Positions 52,869 to 64,000 of a stretch of DNA of 64,000 nucleotides are shown piece by piece (the first letter of the stretch is position 1; every line of letters starts with the position of its first letter). The stretch lies in NCBI GenBank assembly GCA_951406725.2, contig OX597816.1, positions 78,368,001-78,432,000 of the forward strand, given 5' to 3'. The DNA is from Octopus vulgaris (lineage: Eukaryota). The translations under genes and the position numbers were made by a program. Below the pieces are notes generated by a model. That model saw nothing but the letters and a program-made list of their open reading frames with translations. It was not told the origin of the DNA and did not search any database.

Positions 52869-54860
52869 ACAAAGTTGTAAGGTATCGCATGAGTGGAATT
52901 ATATACGAAAGGTTTGAAAATGCAATTTTAAAAGATGTTTATCCACTTGACCGGTTTCACTTTTTTTAGAAAAAGATTGTCAAAAGTAACATGTTATGGT
53001 TTTGTTGTGTTAGGTACTGGTTGTTACAAAATATTACAATACATATATACATTCTTTGATAATAATAATAACATGTTAAAAACAGTTTACAAGGAAAAAT
53101 CTTGGGAAAATATTAAAAAGTTCATTAAAATATTAGGCACAAAAAATTACAATACATATATACATTATTTGATAATAATAAGAAAAAGTTGAAAACAGTT
53201 TACAGAAAAAATTATTAAAAAGTTCATAGAGAATATTGGGATTTCATTAGAGATCATGTTTGTTTGGAAGTATCTATATATATACACAGAAAATTATAAG
53301 TTCAAAAAGGTTATATTTTGGTAGTATATATATGTGTGTGCGCACACACAACACACACACACACACACACACACAGATATGTATAGATCAAACAAACTCC
53401 GGTGAAGCTGGTGTTGGTCTGTGTTGGCCAGACTTATATTATGTAGTAAAACTGATAAAATAGTGCTGTGAGAAGTGAAATAGCCAATGTTTTGAACAGA
53501 ATCTTTCTTCAGGGAAAAGTTGAAAAGAGAGAAACTAATGAGAAACAACAGAGTTTTACATCCTCCTTCTCCACATCATTATTTAAAGTCTGTCTCCCAT
53601 TATGGCATGAGTTGAATAGTTCGACAGGATCCAATGAGCTGGAAGACTGAGTTGAGCTACATGGTTTGCTTTGGCAAAGTTTCTATGGCTGGATGCCAAC
53701 TACTTTATAGAGTGCATTGGGTGCTTTTTGCCTGACACTGATGCCTGTGACATCAAGTAATTTACAAAACAAAGTAAAAAAAGACCTCTCAACTGAATGG
53801 GTTATAGCAGAGGTGGGTGGCAGCTTTCTGTCAGGTGTTGAGAGGTTAAGTGTGATAGGATAGGAATGGGTGTCTTGTTATAGAAGAGATACATGACTAC
53901 CTTGCATCATAAAGGAGTAGGTGGGAGTAGCTAGAAAGAAAACAAAGACATTGGTAGTGAAGTGTCAGAAAGTACAAGAAGGTGAATATAAGAGAGTGTA
54001 TGGGGGAAGTGAGTAGTAAGTTCATAAAAATGTGAGAGGAGATTAAAGATGAGGCTAGAGGTTAATGTGAATGATATACAAGGGTGAAGTTGTGATTAAT
54101 GGTAGATATTAGTATGGAGGAGAATGTAAAAGAAATACATATCGAAGGAGGTGGTAATAAGTGACAGAATGGTAATACAGGAAAAGTGGAGAGCAGTTGT
54201 ATAATAAACCTGCAAATAGATAAAAATAATACAAGGGTGGGAGGAGAAATAGAAATGTATAGGATCAGAGATGAAAGTCTGGGGTATGTAATGGTAGCTA
54301 TGGTGAGTGGAGGACAAAGATGGAATGGGAGGCTTCAATGGAAGATATGAGAGGATATTAAAGCTGGGATATGGTAGTCTGAAGATGTAGTTCAGGTGAG
54401 AGAGAGAGAGTGAGAGAGAGAGAGTGAGAGAGAGAGAGAGAGACCTGGAGGAATAGTTATATAAATATACATTCATACTCACTCACACACACACACACAT
54501 ATTATTATGTCTAGGGAGAGTCATTTCCTTTTTGTGAGAATTTAACACACTCATCGATTTCCACTCATTTACTTATTTATTTTCACTAAAATTTTCGTTG
54601 CAACTTGCAACATTTTCAATAGACGTTGACTCTACTATTGAAATTGTGTTCTTCAACACACAAATTCACATAAAGAACCTTGCAAACCAAATACAAAAAC
54701 GAAATATATATATATGTTCTTTATTCTTTTACTTGTTTCAGTCATTTTTGACTGTGGCCTTGCTGAAGCACCACCTTTTAGGGTTTTAGTCAAACAAGTC
54801 AACCCCAGGTCTTATTTCTTAAGCCTACTACTTATTCTATCAGTCCCTTTTATTGAACCA

Positions 54861-55997
54861 CTAAGTTACAAGGATGTAGACACCAACACTGGTGTGAACC
54901 GGCTCCACGCAACCATCGAATACAGAGCTCACCCAAGTGCCAACCAAGCACCAGCGACTCCTTGCGGACCGCCTCCTCAACTGCATCAGTGGGCCACCAT
55001 CTCCTTCAACTGCGTTGCCGTATCGGCAGAACTGGCCCCACCACTGGTTCGCCATCTGGCACGATTCCTCGATTTGCCTTCTACAAATCGCCTGTGCCAC
55101 TTCCAAAAGATCGGCCGACCCAGCCAGCGCCCTGCCAGCTTCTGCTTCTACTAGGGTCCACCCGACCCTCAATTGAGCTTTTACTATGCACTGCTTGTCG
55201 GGCTCCACTGGCCCCAGGCAGCCATCAACCACAAAGCTCACCCAACGCTGAAGTAGTCTTCCTGGCCTTGGTGGACCCACCACCGTTCGTAGCCGTCTCG
55301 CCTCGTCAATGGGCTTGGTCCTCTTCCTCACCAGCTTCCGCACCGCAGGCCTCACAACACGCACGCTCGGCCGCCAGTCCATGCACGCCTGTGGCCTCCC
55401 CACAGTGGGAACCATACAGTCCTTCTGGGCCCCAAGAGACAGGGGCCCAGACACCAAAGGACCCGCACACGGCATAACACCTGCCGCGACCATTACACAC
55501 AGAGCCGGAACCTCGGATTTAGCGATATCCGCTCCCGACTTCGCCAGCTCTTCGTCCCAAGCTCCGAGAGACAGGGGTCGAGATGCCAAGGGCTCCAGAC
55601 ACGGAACAACAGCATCAGCCATAACACCTTCAACAGGCCTTTCAGATTCCTTAACCTCTACGGATTCCAAATCACAAGATTTCTTGGGTACAGCATCACA
55701 AATTTCGGCAACCAACCCAGGTTCCGCAACACTTCCTTCACTATCTGTTTCACTCGATGCTTCGTTCGACGGGCCATCTATGCCTACAAGACCATCGCTA
55801 TCCCCGGTCCAACACCGATCCTCCAAAGCTGACCCATCCGCAACCTCAAGCTCCTGCTGATCTGCCCACAGGCCCTGTCGCCTCTTGTCCATTCTTTCTA
55901 AGAATGCGTCTGTCTGCGCCATCTGGCCCCTCAACATCTCCACAATCAGGGCAAGCGAAATCTCCTCGTCTCCGGTTTGACAACCAGACAAATCCAT
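54861..55997 (-). CDS. ORF of unknown function at the gag position of the LTR element (MDLSGCQTGDEEISLAL..., 378 aa, last residues read into the SINE)
   Basis: The ATG is about 37 nt after the PBS and the frame is uninterrupted. No gag or pol motif is recognisable. Confidence 0.5.
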   Translation of the reverse strand: MDLSGCQTGDEEISLALIVEMLRGQMAQTDAFLERMDKRRQGLWADQQELEVADGSALEDRCWTGDSDGLVGIDGPSNEASSETDSEGSVAEPGLVAEICDAVPKKSCDLESVEVKESERPVEGVMADAVVPCLEPLASRPLSLGAWDEELAKSGADIAKSEVPALCVMVAAGVMPCAGPLVSGPLSLGAQKDCMVPTVGRPQACMDWRPSVRVVRPAVRKLVRKRTKPIDEARRLRTVVGPPRPGRLLQRWVSFVVDGCLGPVEPDKQCIVKAQLRVGWTLVEAEAGRALAGSADLLEVAQAICRRQIEESCQMANQWWGQFCRYGNAVEGDGGPLMQLRRRSARSRWCLVGTWVSSVFDGCVEPVHTSVGVYILVT

Positions 55998-57168
55998 AGC
56001 GAAAAAGCCGATCGAAATGCAGCAATCAGGACAATCCCACTTCTGACACCAGTTGTTACGAGGGTGGGACCTCCAATTCGAACTGTTACGGAAATCCTCA
56101 CACAGGCCCGTTCGATGCAGCGAATAAGCTACGGAAACTCGTCGGAGAGAGGAGAGAGAGGAGATATACACAACAACAACAACAGCAGCAGCCCAGAGGC
56201 AATCGAGAGAGACGCAATGAGGCAAGGCACAACTGGCAACGACTACTGGCTTACATTTAACAACAGTTTATATGACAATCAATTGTTACAACATCAAGAT
56301 ACATCAACGCATTTAAGGGAAACAACAAATCAATACATCATACAACAGATCAAAGCATTTAAACATGCATGTAACAATATAACAGTGTTCATACACAAAC
56401 AAGTTCAGATCAAATAATGTTCACGATACGTCACAGTCCAATCAGAACACTTCGATACATTATACAATGTTCGTATCACAACAATTCACGTTACAATTCA
56501 AAGTTCATTATCGTCTACATCAGAGTCCTTCTTTTTCTCTCTTCTTTCTCTTCTTTTCTTTTACATCATAACACGTATCAATACATAATCAAATACCTTA
56601 ATTCCTAACTGAACAGCCAGTGTCCCATCCTGCACTCCATCTCTCTCTCAATACTGCTAACTCCAGCTCGCCAAGCTCTCGCATCCCAATCGCTTGCTCC
56701 TAAAATTCCAACTCCCTATCCTGACTTCCAAGATCCGCCTGTGCTCCTCGACGACCGAATACCAACTACCCAAAACCTCACTTGCTCTCTCCCTTCCCAC
56801 TGCCCTCATCTCCATCTGTCTCTACTGCTTATACCTTCTCTATCTGCCCTGGTCCCTAACTGCCTGTCCTCCTCTGCCCCTCATCCTCTCTCACTGCCAA
56901 TATCCTCTCCATCTGCTCTTAGATTCCTTACTCTATCTTTTTCCTCAATCTGTCCCTTAGCCTTATACTCTACCTCTCTCACTACTTTTCTTCCTCTTCT
57001 TCAAGGGGTGTCTAGGACGACCTCCAATCGACCGCACAAGGCCACAGGTCCCTCCAAAGGCCCATTAATCTCCCAGTAAACAAAGGGCTGTCTCTTTTCT
57101 TCCAGACATGCCGGCGCCACACCCAAAAGTGGGTCACCAAGAAATACTGCACTAGCCAAACCGTAACA
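54893..57168 (-). mobile_element. Gypsy-type LTR element, 5' part: LTR 57168-56054, PBS 56051-56034, truncated ORF
   Basis: The LTR runs TGTTACGG...CGTAACA and is followed by a perfect TGGTGTCAGAAGTGGGAT (tRNA-Leu-type) PBS. The region is GC/CpG-rich. It abuts the 3' part of a SINE at about 54720-54892. Confidence 0.85.
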
Positions 57169-57175
57169 ACATATA

Positions 57176-57234
<59 letters not shown>

Positions 57235-57235
<1 letters not shown>

Positions 57236-59659
57236 GTGGTAGAACAATGTTGTTGACAGGGCTATTAGAGAAAAGAAACAGGCTTGGAAGGACTGGAAGA
57301 ACGGTGGTAGCAGGGAATTGTATCAGACTGCCAGAAGGGAAGCTAGGAGACAGGTTTATTTAGCCAGAGGGGAAGCAGATAAGAAAAAATTTGCCAATGT
57401 TCTGCACCGTGAAGACCAATGACTTGAGGCATTTTGTGTTGCAAGACAGTGTGTGAGAGAGAATCGTGATGTCGTAGGAGAGAAACATGTCCGCATGGAT
57501 GATGGTTCACTTGCATTAAGCGAGGCTGCAAAGACAGAGGTTTAGAGACACCACTATGAAAGGTTGCTCAATAAAGAGAATGAATGGAAAAAAGAGAGTC
57601 TACCGAATGTCAACCCTACAGAGGGACCAGATATCCGAATTGACAGTACTTTGGTAGATAAAGCAATTAAGAGTATGAAGACAGGAAAAGTCCCTGGCCC
57701 GTCAGGAATCACTGCAGGGATACTCAAAATATCTGGCAGTGTTGGCTATAGCCTAGTCACCTGTATAGTTAACCAGGTGATACACGAAGGAGCCATACAA
57801 AATGACTGGTGTAGCAGCATAATAGTCAACTGCTACAAAGGCAAAGGTGACGCCCTAGATACAAATAACTACAGAGGTATCAAGTTGTTGGATCAGGTAA
57901 CGAAGGGAGAGAGTCAGTTTAGATGAGATGCAGTTTGGGTTCGTGCCAGGGAAAAGCACCACTGATGCGATATTTCTGGTAAGATAGCTGCAGGAGAAAT
58001 ACCTAATCAAAGATAAACCTCTGTCCCTGGCTTTCGTTGACATGGAGAAAGCCTTTGACAGGATCCCCCGATCCCTTATCTAGTGGTCAATGAGGAAACT
58101 AGGGATAGATGAATGGTTAGTGAGAGCTGTGCAAGCCATATACAGGGATGCTGTTAGTAAGGTGAGGGCTGGCAACATGTATAGTGAAAAATTCCGGGTA
58201 GAGGTAGTGGTCCACCAAGGTTCAGTCCTCAGCCCCCTCCTATTTAGGATAGTCCTGCAGGCAATAACAGAGGAATTCAAGACAGGATGCCCCTGGGAGC
58301 TCCTGTATGCTGATGACCTTGCTCTAATTGTTGAGTCACTATCAGAACTAGAGAAGTTTCAAGTGTGGAAGCAAGGATTAGAATGAAGAGCCTTAGAGTC
58401 AACCTAGCTAAACCAAAGTCCTAATAAGTATGAAGGCAGACAAACCACAAATCCCTTCAGGTAGATGGCCCTGCTTGATCTGTAGAAAAGGTGTAGGTAG
58501 AAACTCTATAATATGTACCCAGTGTAAGCTATGGACACATAAGAGGTGCAGCAATATCAAAGGAAGGCTAACTGGGAAGATAGTTTTTGTATGTGGCAGA
58601 TGCTCAGGAGCAATTAACACTGAAAATGTGCAGAGAACAACTTTCGCCACATTCCAGGGAGAAAAACCAGAAGTAGTTGATAGCTTCCATTACCTAGGTG
58701 ACCAAGACAGTAGTGGAGGAGGGTGTGCTGAAAGTGTAGCTGCTAGAATAAGAATAGCCAGGGCAAATTTCAGAGAGCTCTTATCTGCTGGTGACAAAGG
58801 GCCTCTCACTCAGAGTAAAAGGTAGACTGTATAATGTATGTGTAAGAACAGCCATATTACATGGCAGTGAAACATGGGCAGTGACTGCTGAGGACATGTG
58901 TAAAATCGCAAGGAATGAAGCCAGTATTCTCCGCTGGATGTGTAATGTCAGCGTGCATACTTGATACTTGTGTAAGTACCTTGAGAGAAAAGTTCGACCT
59001 AAGAAGCATCAGATGTGGTGTGCAAGAGAGACGACTGTGCTGGTATGGCCATGTGGCAAGAATGGATGTGGATAGCTGTGTGAAAAAGTGTCACACCCTA
59101 ACAGTTAAGTAACCCGTGGGAGAGGTAGACCCAGGAAGACCTGGGATGTGGTGCTTAAGCATGACCTTTGAACATTGGGCCTCACCAAGGCAATGACTAG
59201 TGACTGGGACCTTTGGAAATATGTTGTTCTTGAGAAGACTCGGTACACCAAGTGAGACCATAACCTCGTAGCCTATGCCAATGGTGTAACCATCCTACTT
59301 ATGTGTACCTTTCCTTCATTGGACACTAAACTTTGTTTGCGAAGACCTGTTGAGGCAAGTGAAATCGAAATTGAAATCAAATTCGATGACTGGCATCTGT
59401 TCTAGTGCACCATTCTAAGAGCACCATCTGAGCGTGATCTTTGCCGGAGCAACAAACTGGCTTTCATGCCAGTGGCACATAAAAAGCACCATTTGAGTGT
59501 GATCGTTACCTGCGTCGCCTTACTGGCACTTGTGCTGGTGGCATGTGAAAAAACATTTGTGGTCGTTGCCAGTAGTGCCTAACTGGCCTTCATGCCAGTG
59601 GCACATAAAAGCACCCACTACACTCTCGGAGTGGTTGGCGTTGATGATGATGATGATGA

Positions 59660-59660
<1 letters not shown>
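57235..59660 (+). mobile_element. RTE LINE (longest copy) with PHD-like finger and minisatellite 3' region
   Basis: KTGKVPGPSGI, YKGKGDALDTNNYRGIKLL, HQGSVLSPLLF, ELLYADDLAL, the C4HC3 finger and DSFHYLG, ending in a (GAT)n tail. Confidence 0.92.
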
Positions 59661-59726
<66 letters not shown>

Positions 59727-60298
59727 CAAGCACAGACACATACAGACACTCAAATTTGGTAGAAAAATAGACGTTAAAATGATGATGATGATGATAATGA
59801 TATATCTCAATGCATGATCTGATCTCTTGTATTTTTTCAGAAAATTTGCTATTTTTTTGAAACAGCTCAGGGAGTTATGGTAATGCAGAATAAACAAAAT
59901 CTCTGCTGTGACTTTGAGCTCCTGAAGCAGCCTAATAGTTGAACTTCTGAAAAATAACTCATTTTTAAAATTTCATTTCAACAAGAATGGAGAGAAAGGT
60001 AAAAATAATTTACTGCCTCCCCTCCATCTGCTCCCTGGCCTGTACCATTATAATGTGTACCAACAGAGTTTTCTGATACACTTGAACAACACACTCCTGT
60101 GCAGATGATTCATTTTCTTTAACTTTCTGCACACTGGTGTCATTCATTTACATCTTAGACCTCCCTCTTATACTAGAGTCATACTACTTTCGAGATCAGG
60201 GATCTTAAATATATTTTTCAATGGCCTTACAGCAATCTAGGTGACTTTATCAAGACAAACGAAATACGATAAGAAAACTCATGAAGATATTTACTTAC

Positions 60299-60379
60299 TT
60301 GGCATGAGAATACTAGGGTATTCCAGTATATGGATGAGTACCACAAAGTCATCTTTCCGTTGTAGGTTATCAAGGTACC
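60299..60379 (-). CDS. Universal stress protein (USP) gene, internal exon 'E2': (W)YLDNLQRKDDFVVLIHILEYPSILMP
   Basis: Minus strand reads tttcctcttctttattcAG | 81 nt | GTAAGT, phase 1 to phase 1. The peptide matches the animal USP pattern WY..N.....D.V.L.H..E (beta-2 strand). Confidence 0.88.
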
Positions 60380-60790
60380 CTGAATAAAGAAGAGGAAACA
60401 TTATCAGTTATCCACTAAGAATGTTATCACAGTTTTGTAGTTTTTGCATGGAAATAAGAATATGTACCCAAATCTTAAAAGAGTTATTGAGATACCACTA
60501 AAGTTGGCAATATGGGCAGGATCCAGTCTGATTTGGCATGGTTTTCTACAGCTGGATACCTTTCCTAACGCCAATCACTCTGAGAGTGTAATGGGTGCTG
60601 TTATGTGCAACCGGCATATACATACACATATATACATATGCATACACATACATTCACATGCACACATATATACATATATTTACATACATTGGGCAGAGCA
60701 TTTTTCTACTATAATTCTGGGATGACCAAAGACTTGTGAATGGATTTAGTGGATGGAAAGTGAAAGCAGCCTGTCATATATTTATAAGTC

Positions 60791-60833
<43 letters not shown>

Positions 60834-61179
60834 ATGCTTGTGTCAACTTATCTTGACATCAGGTGATTGGTGTAAATAATGTCATTCATTTCCAGCAATC
60901 TGTGAAAAGCATGTCTGGTTATAGGGAATTATTAACTTACATGGAAACAAGTAAGAGTTGGTGACAGGAAGGGCATCCAGCTGTAGAAAATTTGCTTTTC
61001 TGAATTCTATCTGACCTATGTAAGGATGATGACGATGATGATGATGTAATTGTATATGTGTATTATGTGTGCGTATGTATGTAAGTTGTCTCAAAGTCCA
61101 TAAGTCAGGGAAAATGCACTCATATATCTGTCAATAGAGCGGATAAATTATCCAAAGTGTACAGTATTATATATCCACC

Positions 61180-62095
61180 ATCATCATCATCCTTCGATCA
61201 ACCTATAGTTGGTTGGAACTCCATTGACAATCCTTTTCCACACTACACAGTCCTGCATTGCTGTGTTTAGATCTCTAATATCCAGCTCTGAGTCCTGGAA
61301 ATGTCAGTTTCCTGGAGAAAATACTTCCAGAGGGATGCCATTGGAGCAGGGATGAAATAACCTCTTTCTCTGCTCGATGTCAGTGGCCAGCAAATTGTAG
61401 CCATTTCTGCTTTAGCTTGAGGAATATTGGTATCAGATTTCCATAGATGTTACTAAGTGTTGGGTGTGATCTCCAACTGATATTCTGTATCTTTCTGAGC
61501 AAGTTGGTATATGTTCCAGCTAGTTGTTTTCCTAAGAGAGCCAATAAGGTCCAGTTCTCTGATCCACAGAGAAGGACTGGCTCAATCAGTGTTCTAAATA
61601 TGTTAACTTTTAATGTGGGTGGAAAGTTTGAGTGCCAGATCTTATCAAGTCTGTTACAAGCATCTCAAGCAAGAGCTTTGTGGATGCGAAAGTCCTTTTG
61701 GAAGTCTACTATGTGTGATCCAAGATATTTGAAATCATCAACGTTTTTGATTGATATATTATTGAGCGATTTAAGTTCAGGTAACTTGGAGGGAGTTGTG
61801 ATAAATTGTCTCATTCTCATTGCAGTAAAAGCCGATCTTGTTTGTTGCTTTCTCCAGTGCTTGTAACAAAAATTCTGCATCTTTAATACAATGGGATATC
61901 AAGGCAAGATCGTCAGCAAAGTCAAGATCAGTTAAATATTGTGCACAATACTGACTGCTCTGGCGGGGTTTCAAAAGGAGTCTCTTTTCCTCCAAAACAT
62001 CTAGGGAAATGCATAGAACATAGTCGAGAACAATGATGAACAAGAAAGGAGCAAGTGTGTTACTCTGCAGAACACCTGCTTCAACTTCAAAGAAG
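61180..62095 (-). mobile_element. RTE/RTE-X LINE fragment (a different family)
   Basis: GVLQSNTLAPFLFIIVLDYVL, DLDFADDLAL and VDDFKYLGS. Confidence 0.85.
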
Positions 62096-62099
62096 TAAG

Positions 62100-62790
62100 A
62101 ATTATATATCCACTACACATACCTGCCATGAACCATTGGGTCACAACCACTCCAAGTTGAAAATGTCAATGTGCAGTGGGAAAAGAACAAGTACTATTTC
62201 TAACTTGTAATACAATTCTTAAATAATACAGTTCTCCTGCCTTTGGTGTGACAACATAAACATGACCAAGTGTTTCTTCTTTGAAAACGTTTAAATGGAT
62301 CTTCAACTTTTTTTCCTTGCTTTCTTCTTTGCCATTCTTTGTTACTACTGTTCCGAGTGAAAATACATGGGTACTTCAGCATAAAGTAATGCTTTTTGCA
62401 AAGTCCCCATTCTGTCAATGTCGTTCTCATATGTTGTTTGTTGACAGCCATATATATCCTCGTTATTTCTGAGCAATATTCTCTGTTTATCTGGTAGATG
62501 AACTTGCAGGTGCTCTTTCATGAATTGAAAATCCTAAAATGGATGCAACTACATTTGATGGTCCAATATACTCATCCATTAGATATTGACTAATTTCATT
62601 AATGTTTATTTGAACAGCAGCTTGGTCATTTCCTTTCAACATGTTCTTGATGACATGCGTAAATGACCTCCCTGAGGAAATGATTTCAGCATTGCAGTGA
62701 CACTTGAATGTTCTTAAAAGAGTTTCATTATAAGGTACAACCCATTTGTTTGTTTTTCCATTCTTATGAGATTCAGCTCCTGCCATTGCA
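62100..62790 (-). mobile_element. Helitron RepHel fragment
   Basis: NKWVVPYNETLLRTFKCHCNAE...KGNDQA...EISQY...ILGFSIHERAP, followed by RTTLTEW and WQRRKQG. Confidence 0.85.
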
Positions 62791-62820
62791 AATTATTACT
62801 TATATAAAGAGATAGCCTCT

Positions 62821-63139
62821 CTGTCTGTTTTTCTGTCTTTTGATTAAGATGATAAAGATTAATATTTTATTTTAAATAAAATAGTAATTTTTACCTTTAA
62901 GAAAAACCAAAAAAAAAAACCCTCAAGTACCTGTGATTCAAAAATATCTCGTAAAAATATTGGGAGACACTCCAAAAGTTGTATAAATGATTAAGGGGAG
63001 AAAAAAGAGAGGAAAAAGGATGACGACAACTTTTTGAAGTGTTGGCATTTTCAATTTGGTTTGTTTTTCTTAAAGAGGGAAATAACTATTTTATTTGTAA
63101 TCATTATCGTCTTAATCAAAGGGCAGGAAAACAGACAAA
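62821..63139. mobile_element. Foldback element / MITE with long imperfect TIRs
   Basis: tttgattaagatgataaagatta...aaaatagtaattttt.cctttaagaaaaac matches the reverse complement of 63060-63139. Confidence 0.7.
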
Positions 63140-63204
63140 CCTTGAGTTTTAGAATAATATAGATTACAGCTGATCTTACCAATCAGTTTCCTGCTAGGAA
63201 TTCA

Positions 63205-63330
63205 ATGGAGTGTTAGGTAACAATCCAATTATATAATCCTGCACTCATCAGAGGTAACCATATTTCATTCCATATCTGCTACCTCTGATGAGCGTAAGGT
63301 TATATAAACAGATTGTTACTTATACTCCAT
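63205..63330. repeat. 126-bp imperfect palindrome
   Basis: atggag..gtaacaatc..ttatataa..ctcatcagaggta is mirrored around a short loop. Confidence 0.8.
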
Positions 63331-63651
63331 GGGATATATGTGTGTGTATGTGTGTGCGTGCACACACACACACACATATAGAGAGAGGTACATGCATATG
63401 CTAGAAGTAATGAATGAAGAAAAGAGTATAAAGATACAGAAGATAGAGTATAAACAGTTTATTGATTTCAAGCATGAAATAATTTGTCAGGTGAAACCAA
63501 AAGCTCTATTTAGTTGTGATTCTGGCTGAGCTAATAAATTATATATATAAATATTTATAGGTATATTGGAGAATTAAGATAACACCAGCATAAATATTTA
63601 GCTCCTACATATGTTTCCCTGTTGTAGTTACTTGGGACACCAAGTGTTAAA

Positions 63652-63893
63652 GAACACTGTATGCCCCAGAGCAGATGAGGCAACTTGCTCCAAGGTGAGC
63701 AAGAATGGTAGATATCAGTATTTCACTTAATTTTGCTTCACATGTACTATGCCACAGTACATCAACAAATGTACTTTACACTATTTGCATGTATACTCGA
63801 GACCGGTCATTCATTTAATTTAAAGATCAATATCTATCATTCCTGCTGACCTCAGGGCAAGTTGCCTCACCTGGTCCAGGACATTAAATGTTC
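63652..63893. mobile_element. MITE / foldback with ~80-bp imperfect TIRs
   Basis: gaggcaacttgctccaaggtgagcaagaatggtagatat matches the reverse complement of atatctatcattcctgctgacctcagggcaagttgcctc. Confidence 0.75.
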
Positions 63894-64000
63894 ATTTAAT
63901 GTTGTGTAGGGAGCTTTCCCAGGATACTGTTCCTCAGCAAATTGGCATAGAAACGAAACACATATGTTATGTATGTGTGACTGATAATATTTAAATAAAT

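Noticed and set aside
55309-56417. Plus-strand ORFs (183 aa and 146 aa)
   Set aside because: Antisense shadows of the GC-rich LTR element. The PBS and LTR orientation point to the minus strand.
60229-60237. Second possible tiny exon near USP E2
   Set aside because: Only about 60 nt from the E2 donor and no polypyrimidine tract, so probably chance.
60380-64000. USP exon 1
   Set aside because: No IAVDGS-like coding stretch with a phase-1 donor was found by eye. The region is mostly RTE, Helitron and MITE sequence, so exon 1 is presumed outside the window.

Overview
AT-rich, repeat-dominated animal genomic DNA. The SINE, LINE and microsatellite repertoire strongly suggests Octopus (inference). 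Almost all ORFs in the supplied track are transposon fragments or microsatellite artefacts. One host gene is missed by that track: a minus-strand universal stress protein (USP/UspA-domain) gene with exons at 60379-60299, 34680-34589 and 25457-25245. It also has a candidate 9-nt microexon at 50444-50436, and exon 1 probably lies beyond 64000. About 395 coding nt are spread over about 35 kb, and the ATP-binding motif is non-canonical. Mobile elements in its introns and flanks include a stack of five co-oriented R4/Dong-type RLE retrotransposons sitting in (TAA)n/(ATT)n microsatellites, one with a 711-codon open frame. There are also RTE LINEs with a PHD-type zinc finger inside the RT domain, two Gypsy relics with tRNA-Leu-type PBS (one followed by an unrecognisable ORF), and CR1, Penelope, CRE, Helitron, hAT, mariner, MITE and SINE copies. 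One assembly gap is present. No database searches were run. Family names come from motif recognition, and transposon boundaries are approximate unless a TIR, TSD or splice site is quoted.
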